DNA from: an uncultured Acidobacteriota bacterium
GTDB taxonomy: Bacteria; Acidobacteriota; Thermoanaerobaculia; Multivoradales; UBA5704
Direction: 5' to 3'
DNA: 64,000 nucleotides
Assembly: GCA_963770895.1 (NCBI GenBank)
Contig: CAVYRF010000002.1
Span: forward strand, 2,368,001-2,432,000
The notes below the pieces were generated by a model. It saw only the letters and a program-made list of their open reading frames with translations. It was not told the DNA's origin and made no database searches. Each line of letters begins with the position of its first letter. Position 1 is the stretch's first letter. Shown here piece after piece: positions 40,545 through 49,204 of this stretch. A program made the position numbers and the translations under genes.

Positions 40545-40626
40545 TTGACAGATCGGCGCGAATCGGGCGTAATTGTGCCTCCTCCCTATTGACATTTCCG
40601 GCCGGATAGCGAAAATAAGGCGTAAT
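40545..40626 (+). promoter_or_regulatory. Duplicated TTGACA...GCGAA...GGCGTAAT promoter/operator modules
   Basis: TTGACA at 40545 and 40589; each is followed by GCGAA and then GGCGTAAT; the second module overlaps ATG 40625. Confidence 0.55.
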
Positions 40627-41560
40627 GAACGCTCTGGCATCTGCTTCCGCGCTGCCGTCCCTTCCCCGGTTCCCGCGCCTGGATCGCGTCAGCGATCTCC
40701 TCGGCTCGCTTGGCTCTGCGGACGCCGCCTTGTCACCCGGCACGATGGAATCCATCGGTGCGGCCGAGCAGGTCGGCGTCGGTGCTCCCCTGCATGCGCC
40801 CGCATCCGCGCCCACGATCGTGCGCCGCAAGGCGGTGGTTCGGCCGCGGCGTGCGCTGTGGTGGGCCGGTGCCGGCAGGCGGACGGCGGGGGGGCTGCCG
40901 TATCGGCCGTGCGGCGGCTGCCAGCGCGCCGGAGCGTGGTGCGCGGCGGGAATGCCGGTCGCCGCGGCGGACCTGACGGCTTTCTCTGCGGCGTCCGGGG
41001 GTTGGGCCCTGCCGGGCCAGATCGCAATCGGCAGCATGGCGGATCCCTACCCGGCCGAAGAGCGGACCGCGTTCAAGACCCGCGGCCTGCTGGCGGCGTT
41101 GGCTCAGGCCCCCGGCACGCGCGGGCTGCACATCTCGCTCTTCACCCGCTCCCCGCTCCTGCTGCGGGATCTCGATCTCCTGATGGAGCTGGACCAGCAC
41201 CACGCGGTCACGGTCGGCGTGCTGCTTCCCGCCGTGGATCCGGCGTTGCGCCGGCGGTTGGAGCCCCACTCACCTGGCGATGCGATGCCACCGGAAGAGC
41301 TGATCCGCACCCTGTCCGCCGAGGGCATCGCCGTGCGGGTGATCTGCAGCCCCATCCAGGCAGGACTGAACAATGCGGCCGCGCCGCTGCGGCGCCTCTT
41401 CGCCTTTGCCCACCAGGCCGGCGCCATCGACGTTCTCGCCGCCCCGCGCCACCCGACCGACGCCCCCACTCCAGCCGAATCGCAGGGCCTGCTGGCACTC
41501 TTCGATCGCCTCCGCCTCCAGCACGGATTCCCAAATCAAGGAGGCCCCGGCCGCGGTTAA
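40625..41560 (+). CDS. SPL/Rv2578c-family radical-SAM-like protein with a non-canonical Cys motif
   Basis: IAIGSMADPYPAEER...TRGLL, FTRSPLLLRDLDLL, RRRLEP, PIQAGLN; Cys cluster PYRPCGGCQRAGAWC. Confidence 0.65.
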   Translation: MNALASASALPSLPRFPRLDRVSDLLGSLGSADAALSPGTMESIGAAEQVGVGAPLHAPASAPTIVRRKAVVRPRRALWWAGAGRRTAGGLPYRPCGGCQRAGAWCAAGMPVAAADLTAFSAASGGWALPGQIAIGSMADPYPAEERTAFKTRGLLAALAQAPGTRGLHISLFTRSPLLLRDLDLLMELDQHHAVTVGVLLPAVDPALRRRLEPHSPGDAMPPEELIRTLSAEGIAVRVICSPIQAGLNNAAAPLRRLFAFAHQAGAIDVLAAPRHPTDAPTPAESQGLLALFDRLRLQHGFPNQGGPGRG

Positions 41561-41683
41561 GACCCCCATAGCTTCCCCCCATCCCTGGCTGTCCGATAGC
41601 GGCCTGCCGTGCGGGGATAAAGGGTGGCCAGTGTGGCGGTCGGCCACTCCGCGTCGCTAGCAAGGAGCTGCGCCTTCATCGAA

Positions 41684-42505
41684 TCAGCGCTGGCAGTGGG
41701 GACAGTAGAAGGTGCTGCGGCCCGACTGAAGGAGGCGGCGGATGGGGGTCGTGCAGCGGGGACAGGGCAGGCCTTCGCGGCCGTAGGCGGCAAGGGAGAC
41801 TTGAAAATAGCCGCTGCGGCCTTCGCCGTCGGCGAAGTCGTTGAGGGTGGTACCGCCCTCGGTGATGGCGTGCTCCAGAACGGCGACTGCCGACTCGGCC
41901 AGGCGATTCCAGGTGGGCGAGGCGATACGGCCCACGGAACGGGTGGGGTGAACTCGGGCGGCAAACAGGGTTTCGGTGGCGTAGATGTTGCCAATGCCCA
42001 CGACGATGCGGGCGTCCATCAGAAAGGCCTTCACCGGTCCGCGCCGTCCGCTTGCCGCCTGTCTCAGTATGTCGCCCGAAAAGCCGCGATCCAGAGGCTC
42101 GACGCCCAGGTCCGCAAAGTGCGGATCGATTGTCAGGGCGGACGTCGGCACGCGCAGCACCAGGCCGAAGCGCCGCGGATCGCGCAGCCGCAGCCGGCGT
42201 CCCGACTGTAGCTGGAACGACACGTGCTCGTGCGGCTCGAGGGGCTCGCCGGCCGGCACCAGGGTGAGGCGACCGCTCATGCCCAGGTGGATCGCCACCG
42301 TCGAGCCGCCCGTAACGTCGATGAGCAGGTACTTGGACCGCCGCCGCAGCGCCTGGATGCGCTCCCCGACCACTCGCCCCAGATCGCGCGTCTTGACCCG
42401 TTCGCGCAGGCCAGTGTGATGCACCGTGATCCCCGCGATCACGTCCCCCGGCAGCAGCGGCTGCAAGCTCCGCCGCAACACCTCGATCTCAGGCAACTCA
42501 GGCAT
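41684..42505 (-). CDS. mutM: Formamidopyrimidine-DNA glycosylase
   Basis: MPELPEIE, HLGMSG, DPRRFG, GIGNIY, CPRC...CPHCQ zinc finger. Confidence 0.97.
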   Translation of the reverse strand: MPELPEIEVLRRSLQPLLPGDVIAGITVHHTGLRERVKTRDLGRVVGERIQALRRRSKYLLIDVTGGSTVAIHLGMSGRLTLVPAGEPLEPHEHVSFQLQSGRRLRLRDPRRFGLVLRVPTSALTIDPHFADLGVEPLDRGFSGDILRQAASGRRGPVKAFLMDARIVVGIGNIYATETLFAARVHPTRSVGRIASPTWNRLAESAVAVLEHAITEGGTTLNDFADGEGRSGYFQVSLAAYGREGLPCPRCTTPIRRLLQSGRSTFYCPHCQR

Positions 42506-42751
42506 CCCGGCATTCTACCGGGGACCCGATCGATTCAATAAAATGGATCGCCTGGGGCCGTGAGGCCTCCCCCGCCTCGGGTCACCGCTGCGAGCCGTTC
42601 CCACCTCCGGCGATTCGGCTCCTGAACGAATGACACCAGCGCGCTCACCCAGTGTGCCAGCCGCTGGTGGGTGGTGGGAGATCCCCCTGCCCCTGCTGGC
42701 GGGGCGGTGGACTGGCGGGGTGGCTGGTGGATCCGCTGTTACAATCGCCGG

Positions 42752-43453
42752 ATGTCTGTCGTGCCGGGTGCTCCCAGGCAGATTCTGATCGAGCCGGAGG
42801 CGGTGCTGGATCCGCTGCGGACCAGCTCGGGGCGGAAGCCTTGCATTCTGGGGGTGGCGGGCGGGACGGGCGCGGGGAAGAGCACGATCGTGCGCTCGAT
42901 TCTGGACGCCGCGGGGCCTGACCGGGTGGAGTTCATCGAGCACGACAGCTACTACCGCGATATCGCCTGGCGCAGCGAAGGCGACCTGCTGCTGTACAAC
43001 TTCGATCACCCTTCGGCGCTGGACACGTCGCTCCTGGTGGCGCACCTGGCGGCGCTCAAGGCCGGCCATCCGGTCGAGGTGCCGGTCTATGACTTTGTGC
43101 GCCACCGCCGGACGCAGCGCAGCCGCCGCGTGCGGCCGTTGCCGGTGGTGATTTTGGAGGGCATCTTGATCTTCGTCGAACCGGACCTGCGGGAGCTGCT
43201 CGACCTGAAGATCTTTGTCGACACCGACGCGGACGTGCGGCTGATCCGCCGGCTGGGCCGCGACATGGCGGAACGGGGCCGCAGCGTGCAGGACGTGCTG
43301 CGCCAGTACCTGCAGACGGTGCGGCCCATGCACCTGGAGTTCGTGGAGCCGTCGAAGCGCTGGGCGGACGTGATCATCCCCGCCGGCGGCGACAACCAGG
43401 TGGCGCTGGACATGGTTCTGGCGCGGGTGGAAAAGCTGCTGGAGGGGGCCTGA
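42752..43453 (+). CDS. udk: Uridine kinase
   Basis: GVAGGTGAGKST, DSYY, NFDHPSA, ILEGIL, EFVEPSKRWADVIIP. Confidence 0.95.
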   Translation: MSVVPGAPRQILIEPEAVLDPLRTSSGRKPCILGVAGGTGAGKSTIVRSILDAAGPDRVEFIEHDSYYRDIAWRSEGDLLLYNFDHPSALDTSLLVAHLAALKAGHPVEVPVYDFVRHRRTQRSRRVRPLPVVILEGILIFVEPDLRELLDLKIFVDTDADVRLIRRLGRDMAERGRSVQDVLRQYLQTVRPMHLEFVEPSKRWADVIIPAGGDNQVALDMVLARVEKLLEGA

Positions 43454-43455
43454 CC

Positions 43456-43836
43456 ATGGCCTACCTGGTGCGCGTGCGCTCCCGCTTCGAGGCGGCGCAC
43501 CACCTGACCTCGTACCACGGCGCCGCCGAGCCGGTGCACGGTCATTCCTGGCAGGTCGAAGCGGTGCTGGCGGCGGCGGAGCTGGATGCCGAGGGGATGG
43601 CCTGCGATTTTGTCATGGTGCGGGCGGCGCTTGCGGCCCTGGCCGCATCGCTGGACCATCGCGACCTCAACGGGATTCCGCCGTTCGACCGGCTCAGCCC
43701 GACGACCGAACGGCTGGCCCGCTGGTTTTTTGACAGCCTGGCGGAGCCGCTGGCGGCGGCGCCCGCCAAGTTGCTGGAAGTTTCCGTCTGGGAGGGCCCG
43801 GATTGCTCGGCAACCTATCGTCCGCCGGCGCCTTGA
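43456..43836 (+). CDS. 6-pyruvoyl-tetrahydropterin synthase family (COG0720), ExxHGH (PTPS-III-type) variant
   Basis: FEAAH, EPVHGHSW, LDHRDLN, PTTERLA, VWEGP. Confidence 0.85.
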   Translation: MAYLVRVRSRFEAAHHLTSYHGAAEPVHGHSWQVEAVLAAAELDAEGMACDFVMVRAALAALAASLDHRDLNGIPPFDRLSPTTERLARWFFDSLAEPLAAAPAKLLEVSVWEGPDCSATYRPPAP

Positions 43837-43871
43837 CACCAGGCTCGGCCCCTGACTATGGTCTTTCCCTC

Positions 43872-44795
43872 ATGATGAAAAGAACCTTTGCGCTCTCTCT
43901 CGTCGCCGCCCTGGCCTGCGTCCTGGGCTGTAAGCACGAGGCGCCGGCCATCGGCCGCCTCGACATCCAGCCGCATACCGTGTCGCTCGGCTACCCCGAG
44001 CTGACCATGGCGCACGTCACGTTTTCGCCGTCCGGCGGGCCCGACGCCGAGGCGCTGGCGCCCGCCGACGGCTCGCGGGCGTTGCTCTTTGTGCACCTGC
44101 TGGATGCCCAGGGTGCGGTGTTGCGCACCTTCGATCGGCCGCTGCGCCGCAGCGAAGACGTCAGGCTCTACCAGTCGGCTCTGGCGCCGCCGCTCGATCC
44201 CGGCAAGTACCGCTTGAGCGTCGGCATCTACGACCATAACGGCAAGCGCTATCCGCTCGAAGGCCTCGGCAAGCCGATCGGCCGCAGCGAATACGTGGCG
44301 GCCGAGATCGACGTGCCGCCCCAGGCGGCCGGTCCGCGCTTTTCCTTCTCCTCGGCGTGGGAGCCGATCGAAGCCGGCACCGACAAGCAGGTGGTGGCTC
44401 GCCGCTGGCTGGCGGACCAGCCGGGGGAGGTCCACGTGGATGCCATCCCCGGAGCGGGAAGCCTGTGGCTGCGGTTCCGCATCCCAGCCGGCAACGCCGC
44501 CGGCGAAAAGCTGGTGCTGCACGATCCCGCCGCCAACAGCCCCGCCGTGGTGGTCGGCGGCACCTGCGGCACCGTCGAAGCCAGCTTTTCGGGGCCGGGT
44601 TATCACGCGGTCGAGATCCCGGTCGACGCCGCGACGGCACAGAAGGGCTGCCTGATCTCGTTGGCGCCCAACTTCCACGTCATTTCGACCAACCGCCCCG
44701 AGCTGCGTTCGCTGACCCTGGACGTCGCGGCATGGATCCCCGCCGGCTCACGCGCCGCCTCAGCCAGCCCCGACGGCGACAAGAACGAACCTTAG
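43872..44795 (+). CDS. Hypothetical lipoprotein (beta-sandwich-like)
   Basis: MMKRTFALSLVAALACVLGC lipobox; FVHLLD...; PGKYRLSVGIYD. Confidence 0.75.
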   Translation: MMKRTFALSLVAALACVLGCKHEAPAIGRLDIQPHTVSLGYPELTMAHVTFSPSGGPDAEALAPADGSRALLFVHLLDAQGAVLRTFDRPLRRSEDVRLYQSALAPPLDPGKYRLSVGIYDHNGKRYPLEGLGKPIGRSEYVAAEIDVPPQAAGPRFSFSSAWEPIEAGTDKQVVARRWLADQPGEVHVDAIPGAGSLWLRFRIPAGNAAGEKLVLHDPAANSPAVVVGGTCGTVEASFSGPGYHAVEIPVDAATAQKGCLISLAPNFHVISTNRPELRSLTLDVAAWIPAGSRAASASPDGDKNEP

Positions 44796-45497
44796 ATGAA
44801 ACAAGGCATCGGCAAGATCCTCCGCCCCGGCCAGGAGGTATACCTGGAACGCCTGCTGCCGCCGCGTTCGGCGATCCTGGCCGAGATGGAGGAGCGGGCG
44901 CGCCAGGGCGACGTGCCGGTCTCGGACCCTGAAACGGGGCGCCTGCTGACCATCCTTGCCCGCTCGACCGGCGCCCGCCGTATCCTGGAGATCGGCACTG
45001 CCATCGGCTACGGCGTCCTCTGCCTGGCGAGCGGCGCCCCCGACGCCCACATCGTCTCGATCGACGTGGATGCCGAGCGCCTGGCCACGGCTCGCGCCTA
45101 CCTGGAGCGCGCCGGCGTCGCCGAGCGCGTGGAGCTGCTGCAGGGCGCGGCGCTGGACTTGCTGCCGCGCCTGGAAGGCCCCTTCGACCTGGTGTACATC
45201 GATGCGGTCAAGCGCGAGTATCGGCGCTACCTGGACCTGGTCCTGCCGCGCCTGCGCGTCGGCGGCATGATCGTCGCCGACAACCTGCTGTGGCGGGGCG
45301 AGGTCGCCGAGCCCTCCGACTCCGACTCCGACCCCGATGACCCTGAGGAGCGGGCGCAGGCTGACGCTCTGCGCGCCTTCAACGGCTACCTGATGATGCA
45401 CCCGCAGCTGCAGGCGCTGGTCCTGAGCCTGGGCGACGGCGTCGGCATCGCCACCAAGACCCGCCCCCTGCGCAGCGAGATCGACGGGCCGTTCTAA
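44796..45497 (+). CDS. O-methyltransferase (Methyltransf_3 family)
   Basis: ILEIGTAIGYG, FDLVYIDAVK, IVADNLLW, GDGV. Confidence 0.9.
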   Translation: MKQGIGKILRPGQEVYLERLLPPRSAILAEMEERARQGDVPVSDPETGRLLTILARSTGARRILEIGTAIGYGVLCLASGAPDAHIVSIDVDAERLATARAYLERAGVAERVELLQGAALDLLPRLEGPFDLVYIDAVKREYRRYLDLVLPRLRVGGMIVADNLLWRGEVAEPSDSDSDPDDPEERAQADALRAFNGYLMMHPQLQALVLSLGDGVGIATKTRPLRSEIDGPF

Positions 45498-45578
45498 ATC
45501 CAGCGCCGGATCGCTGGCTGGCGGACGGCACCCACCTTTCCGCGGAAACGTTCTGCCGGCTGGCCGCGATTCGGCACG

Positions 45579-48335
45579 CTACACCGCCAGCTTGCGGCGG
45601 GCCTCGGTCAGCATCTGCTTGAGCTCCAGGGCGCTGGCGGGGCGCCGGGCTACCGTGCGGTGCAGGGCGCGGCGGAAAAAATCGGCCAGAGCGGAGTCGT
45701 ACTCGGGGCAGACCTGGGCGAAGTCGGGCACCCGGCCCAGGCGGATGCGGGTGGTGATCTGGCGGACGTCGCCGCCGGTGAACACCTTGCGGCCCAGCAG
45801 GCATTCGTACAGGACGATCGCCAGGCTCCACAGGTCGAACGAAGCGTCGGCGCGCTGGCCGTTGAGCGCCTCGGGGGAGAGGTACGACAGGGTGCCGGCA
45901 AACTGCCGCGACAGGTCGAGCGAAGTGGCGGTCTGGTCCAGGATGGAAGTCGGCCGCAGAAACGACGAAGCGTCGTCGTCGGGCGTGCCGACGTCCTCCA
46001 CCCTGCCGTCGCGGCGCAGGTCGAACATGACGCGGGCGATGCCGAAGTCCATCAGCTTGGGCATGCCGTCGCGGTTGAAGCCGATGTTGCTGGGCTTGAC
46101 GTCGCGGTGCAGGATGTCGGCGGAATGCAGGTGCGCCAGTGCTTCGGCAATGGCGATGCCCAAGTCCAGCGTGGCCGCCGGCGTCAGACGCTGGCGTTCG
46201 ATGCGATCCGCCAGCGTGCCGCCGTCGAGCAGCTCCAGGATGAGCATGGGCGTGCCCTGCCAGGTCTCGATGCCGTAGATCGACGCCAGGTGGGGGTGGG
46301 ATACCGCCGCCGCCGTGCGCGCCTCCCGCCGCAGCCGCATCGCATCGTCGGGTGAAACGCGGCGCAGGGTCTTGACCGCCACCGGCCTGCCCAGGGCGAG
46401 GTCGGCGCCGCCGTAGACGACCCCCATGCCGCCGGCGCCGATGCGCCGCTCGAAGCGGAACCTGCCGGGCAGCACGAAGGGCACGTGGGCGGCGTCGAGC
46501 CGCCGGCTGCAGGTGCCGCAAAACACCGTGTAGGGCTGGTACAGGGTGCCGCAGGCCATGCACTCCTTGGCCACCTCGGTGACCGGCAGCGGTTCGGACG
46601 GCAGCAGGGTCTCCAGCGCCGGGATGCGCGTGCCGCTGGTGCGCGGTGTCGCGGTGCGGCTGTGATCCAGCTCCAGCACCCAGGCGGCGCTGCTGGCGAT
46701 GGCGTGCAGCAGCTGGCGGTCTTCTTTCAGGAAGGGCAGGCCGCTCTTCCTGTCGCCCAGGCACATGATCCCCAGCAGCGACCCGTCGCGGGCGAGGATC
46801 GGCACCAACAGGCGGAAGCGGCTTTCCGTCAGCCACTGGCGGTCCTTTTCGGGCAGGCGGACGACCGGCGACCGCGGGTCCGCCAGGTCGACGGTCAAGG
46901 GCTCCGAGCCGCTCGACACCAGGACCGCCAGCGGCGACGAGCCGTCCAGGCGTCGCGTCCGGTCGTTGGGGTCCTTGAGCATGCCGGTGCGCGGCTCGAG
47001 GATGAGCATGGTGCTGCCGGCCAGGTGCAGCGCGAAGTCGACCTCGCGGCTGATCACCTTGGCCAGGTCGGCCCCCTCGCGGATGGCTCGCACCCGCTCG
47101 ATCAGCATGCTCAGGATCCGGCGCGCGTCGTACTGCTCGCGGAAAAAGCGCCGGTCGATCCAGTCGAGCAGCCCATCGCGATAGGACAGCGCCGCCATCC
47201 CCAGCGCTGCGACCGCCAGCAGCACCACCGGCGCCTGGCTGGCCGAAAACAGCTCGGACAGCGACCGGCCGCGATTCTCATAGAAATAGAGCACCACCAC
47301 GGCGAGCGGCACCGTGGCCAAAGCCACCACCGAGCCGCGGGCGAGCGCATATTGCAGCGCCCGCCGCGCCGTCAGGCGGACGTCGAGAACGCGCTGCACC
47401 AGGACCAGGTAGATGGTCGACAGCGGGATACCCAGCGCGAACAGGCTGGCGGTGATGGTCAGCGGCCGGCTGACCTCGGGATGCTGCTGCATGTACGGCA
47501 GGTAGCCGCGGATCACCACGGCGCACAGCCAGTAGGCGGTGACCGGCGCCAGGCCGAGCAGCAGGGAGTTGACGAAAACCCGCGCTCGCCGCCGCCCCTC
47601 GCCCGTCGCCAGGCGCGCCTTGTAGGCGAGGACCGGCAGCGCCAGCGCGATCAGCAGGTATTCGATGGCGCCGAACAGGCTGTTGAGGGGCTTTTCGGGC
47701 AGGGCCCGCAACGCTTCGGCGGCGCCGTTCGCGACGCTTGCGGTGACCGCGCCACTCGCGGCGCTCGCAGTGCTCGCGGTGATCGCGGGGTTGCCGCCGG
47801 CTGCCGGCGAGGACGCCTGGCCGGCGATCGCCAGCAGCACGGCGTTGACCAGGTAGAAGGTGAGCAGCGCCAGCGCGGCAAGGCCCGACGTGCGCAGTCC
47901 CAGGTCGACCAGGCGCCGCAGTCGCATGGTGGTGGGAGGCTGCGGAAAATCGTGGACGAATTTCCACAGGAAGAGCGGCATCAAGATGTCGAGCCGCATG
48001 CTGTCAAAGCTGTAGCCGACGTCGGCCAGCGCCCCACTGCCGTGCAGGATGAGCTGCGCCGTCAGAGGGTCGCAGAAGCCGTCGGCCATGAACAGGAAGA
48101 ACCCGCCGAGCCAGACGGCGCGCGCATCGCTGTGGCCGGCGACCACCAGGAAGATGGCGGCGATGCCGTAGGCGGCCAGTTGCAGGTAGTCGAACGGCGC
48201 CGGCGGTCCGAAGGGGTGATCCGCGGGCAGCGCCCTATGCAGCAGCGAGAACGCGGCGACGACGGCTCCCAGCTTGACGCAGCCGAACAGCAGGGCGATG
48301 CGGGTCCAGGCTGGTATGCGTAAGGCCGTCGGCAT
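45579..48335 (-). CDS. Polytopic membrane Ser/Thr protein kinase with GAF-like and zinc-ribbon domains
   Basis: Many N-terminal TM segments; IDRRFFREQYDA; LLVPI...LLGIMCLG (GAF-like); CMAC-x9-CGTC; IGAGGMG, VAVK, HRDVKPSN, DFG, GTLSYLSPE. Confidence 0.92.
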   Translation of the reverse strand: MPTALRIPAWTRIALLFGCVKLGAVVAAFSLLHRALPADHPFGPPAPFDYLQLAAYGIAAIFLVVAGHSDARAVWLGGFFLFMADGFCDPLTAQLILHGSGALADVGYSFDSMRLDILMPLFLWKFVHDFPQPPTTMRLRRLVDLGLRTSGLAALALLTFYLVNAVLLAIAGQASSPAAGGNPAITASTASAASGAVTASVANGAAEALRALPEKPLNSLFGAIEYLLIALALPVLAYKARLATGEGRRRARVFVNSLLLGLAPVTAYWLCAVVIRGYLPYMQQHPEVSRPLTITASLFALGIPLSTIYLVLVQRVLDVRLTARRALQYALARGSVVALATVPLAVVVLYFYENRGRSLSELFSASQAPVVLLAVAALGMAALSYRDGLLDWIDRRFFREQYDARRILSMLIERVRAIREGADLAKVISREVDFALHLAGSTMLILEPRTGMLKDPNDRTRRLDGSSPLAVLVSSGSEPLTVDLADPRSPVVRLPEKDRQWLTESRFRLLVPILARDGSLLGIMCLGDRKSGLPFLKEDRQLLHAIASSAAWVLELDHSRTATPRTSGTRIPALETLLPSEPLPVTEVAKECMACGTLYQPYTVFCGTCSRRLDAAHVPFVLPGRFRFERRIGAGGMGVVYGGADLALGRPVAVKTLRRVSPDDAMRLRREARTAAAVSHPHLASIYGIETWQGTPMLILELLDGGTLADRIERQRLTPAATLDLGIAIAEALAHLHSADILHRDVKPSNIGFNRDGMPKLMDFGIARVMFDLRRDGRVEDVGTPDDDASSFLRPTSILDQTATSLDLSRQFAGTLSYLSPEALNGQRADASFDLWSLAIVLYECLLGRKVFTGGDVRQITTRIRLGRVPDFAQVCPEYDSALADFFRRALHRTVARRPASALELKQMLTEARRKLAV

Positions 48336-48541
48336 GTTCCCCTCGCCGGATCTCCCGCTCGGGGCCCCTGAGGAGACTACACATCATAGGTATTGCAGGA
48401 TCACTTCGCGTTGCGAGGGGTGAAAGTTTAGGCCCGCCAGAGCAGGCGGTCAAGCGGGAATTGCAATCGGGAGGGAAGGAAGTGCCCGCGGACGCCGGCC
48501 GGCTGGGGGTCGCCGGCCGGCGCCGCGCAGGGGAGCTGCGA

Positions 48542-49144
48542 TCAGTACTTGACGCTGCAGCCGTAGGGCTTGGTGGATGCAGGGTCGGGCTTGGCGCCGC
48601 TCTTTTCGGCGTTCAGGCCGTTGCCGACGTAGCTGACCCGCTCGGCCTTGGCCTTGCGCCCGCTGGGGTCGTCGTCGATCGCGCCGTTGTAGGCGATCTT
48701 GCCCGAGGCGTCGATGATGTACATGTGGGGCGTGGTCTTGGCGCCGTACGAGTGGCCGACCGTGCCCGATTCGTCATAGAGCACGGGGTAGGCGATGCCG
48801 TTCTGCTGCAGGTAGGTCTTGTATTCGGCGGCCGGCTCGAAGTCGCCGCTGCTGGCGTTGGTGCTGTTGATGCCCAGCCACACCGCGTCGCCATGCTGCC
48901 TGGCCAGCTCGGTCATGGTCTTTTCGCGCGCGTGGCGGTCGGAGAAGGGGCACTTGGGGTTCACCCATTCCAGCACCACGACCTTGCCCTTGAACTGGTC
49001 GAGGGAGTAGGTCTTGCCGTCCACGCCCTTGAGGTGAAAGTCGGGTGCCGCGGTTCCCACCTCGCCGGTGGCGAAAGCCGCGGTGGCGGCCAGCAGCAGG
49101 AGTGCGGCGGCGGATGCGGCCGCGGTGAGAAGACGATTGCGCAT
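48542..49144 (-). CDS. Exported AhpC/TSA (redoxin) family protein
   Basis: Signal peptide; APDFHL; VVLEWVNPKCPF; YGAKTTPH; YNGAIDD; YGCSVKY. Confidence 0.9.
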   Translation of the reverse strand: MRNRLLTAAASAAALLLLAATAAFATGEVGTAAPDFHLKGVDGKTYSLDQFKGKVVVLEWVNPKCPFSDRHAREKTMTELARQHGDAVWLGINSTNASSGDFEPAAEYKTYLQQNGIAYPVLYDESGTVGHSYGAKTTPHMYIIDASGKIAYNGAIDDDPSGRKAKAERVSYVGNGLNAEKSGAKPDPASTKPYGCSVKY

Positions 49145-49204
49145 GCGTTACCTCCTATCGATCGGGTTGCGGGTGATGTCGGTGCCTGGGGCCGGTCGCA
49201 GCGG

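Noticed and set aside
43456-43836. queD or a 7-deazaguanine DNA-modification locus
   Set aside because: The catalytic Cys motif is missing, and there are no queC, queE, folE or dpd genes in the window.
48493-48522. Perfect 11-bp hairpin after the redoxin gene as an intrinsic terminator
   Set aside because: No U-tract follows it, and GC-only stems arise easily at this composition.
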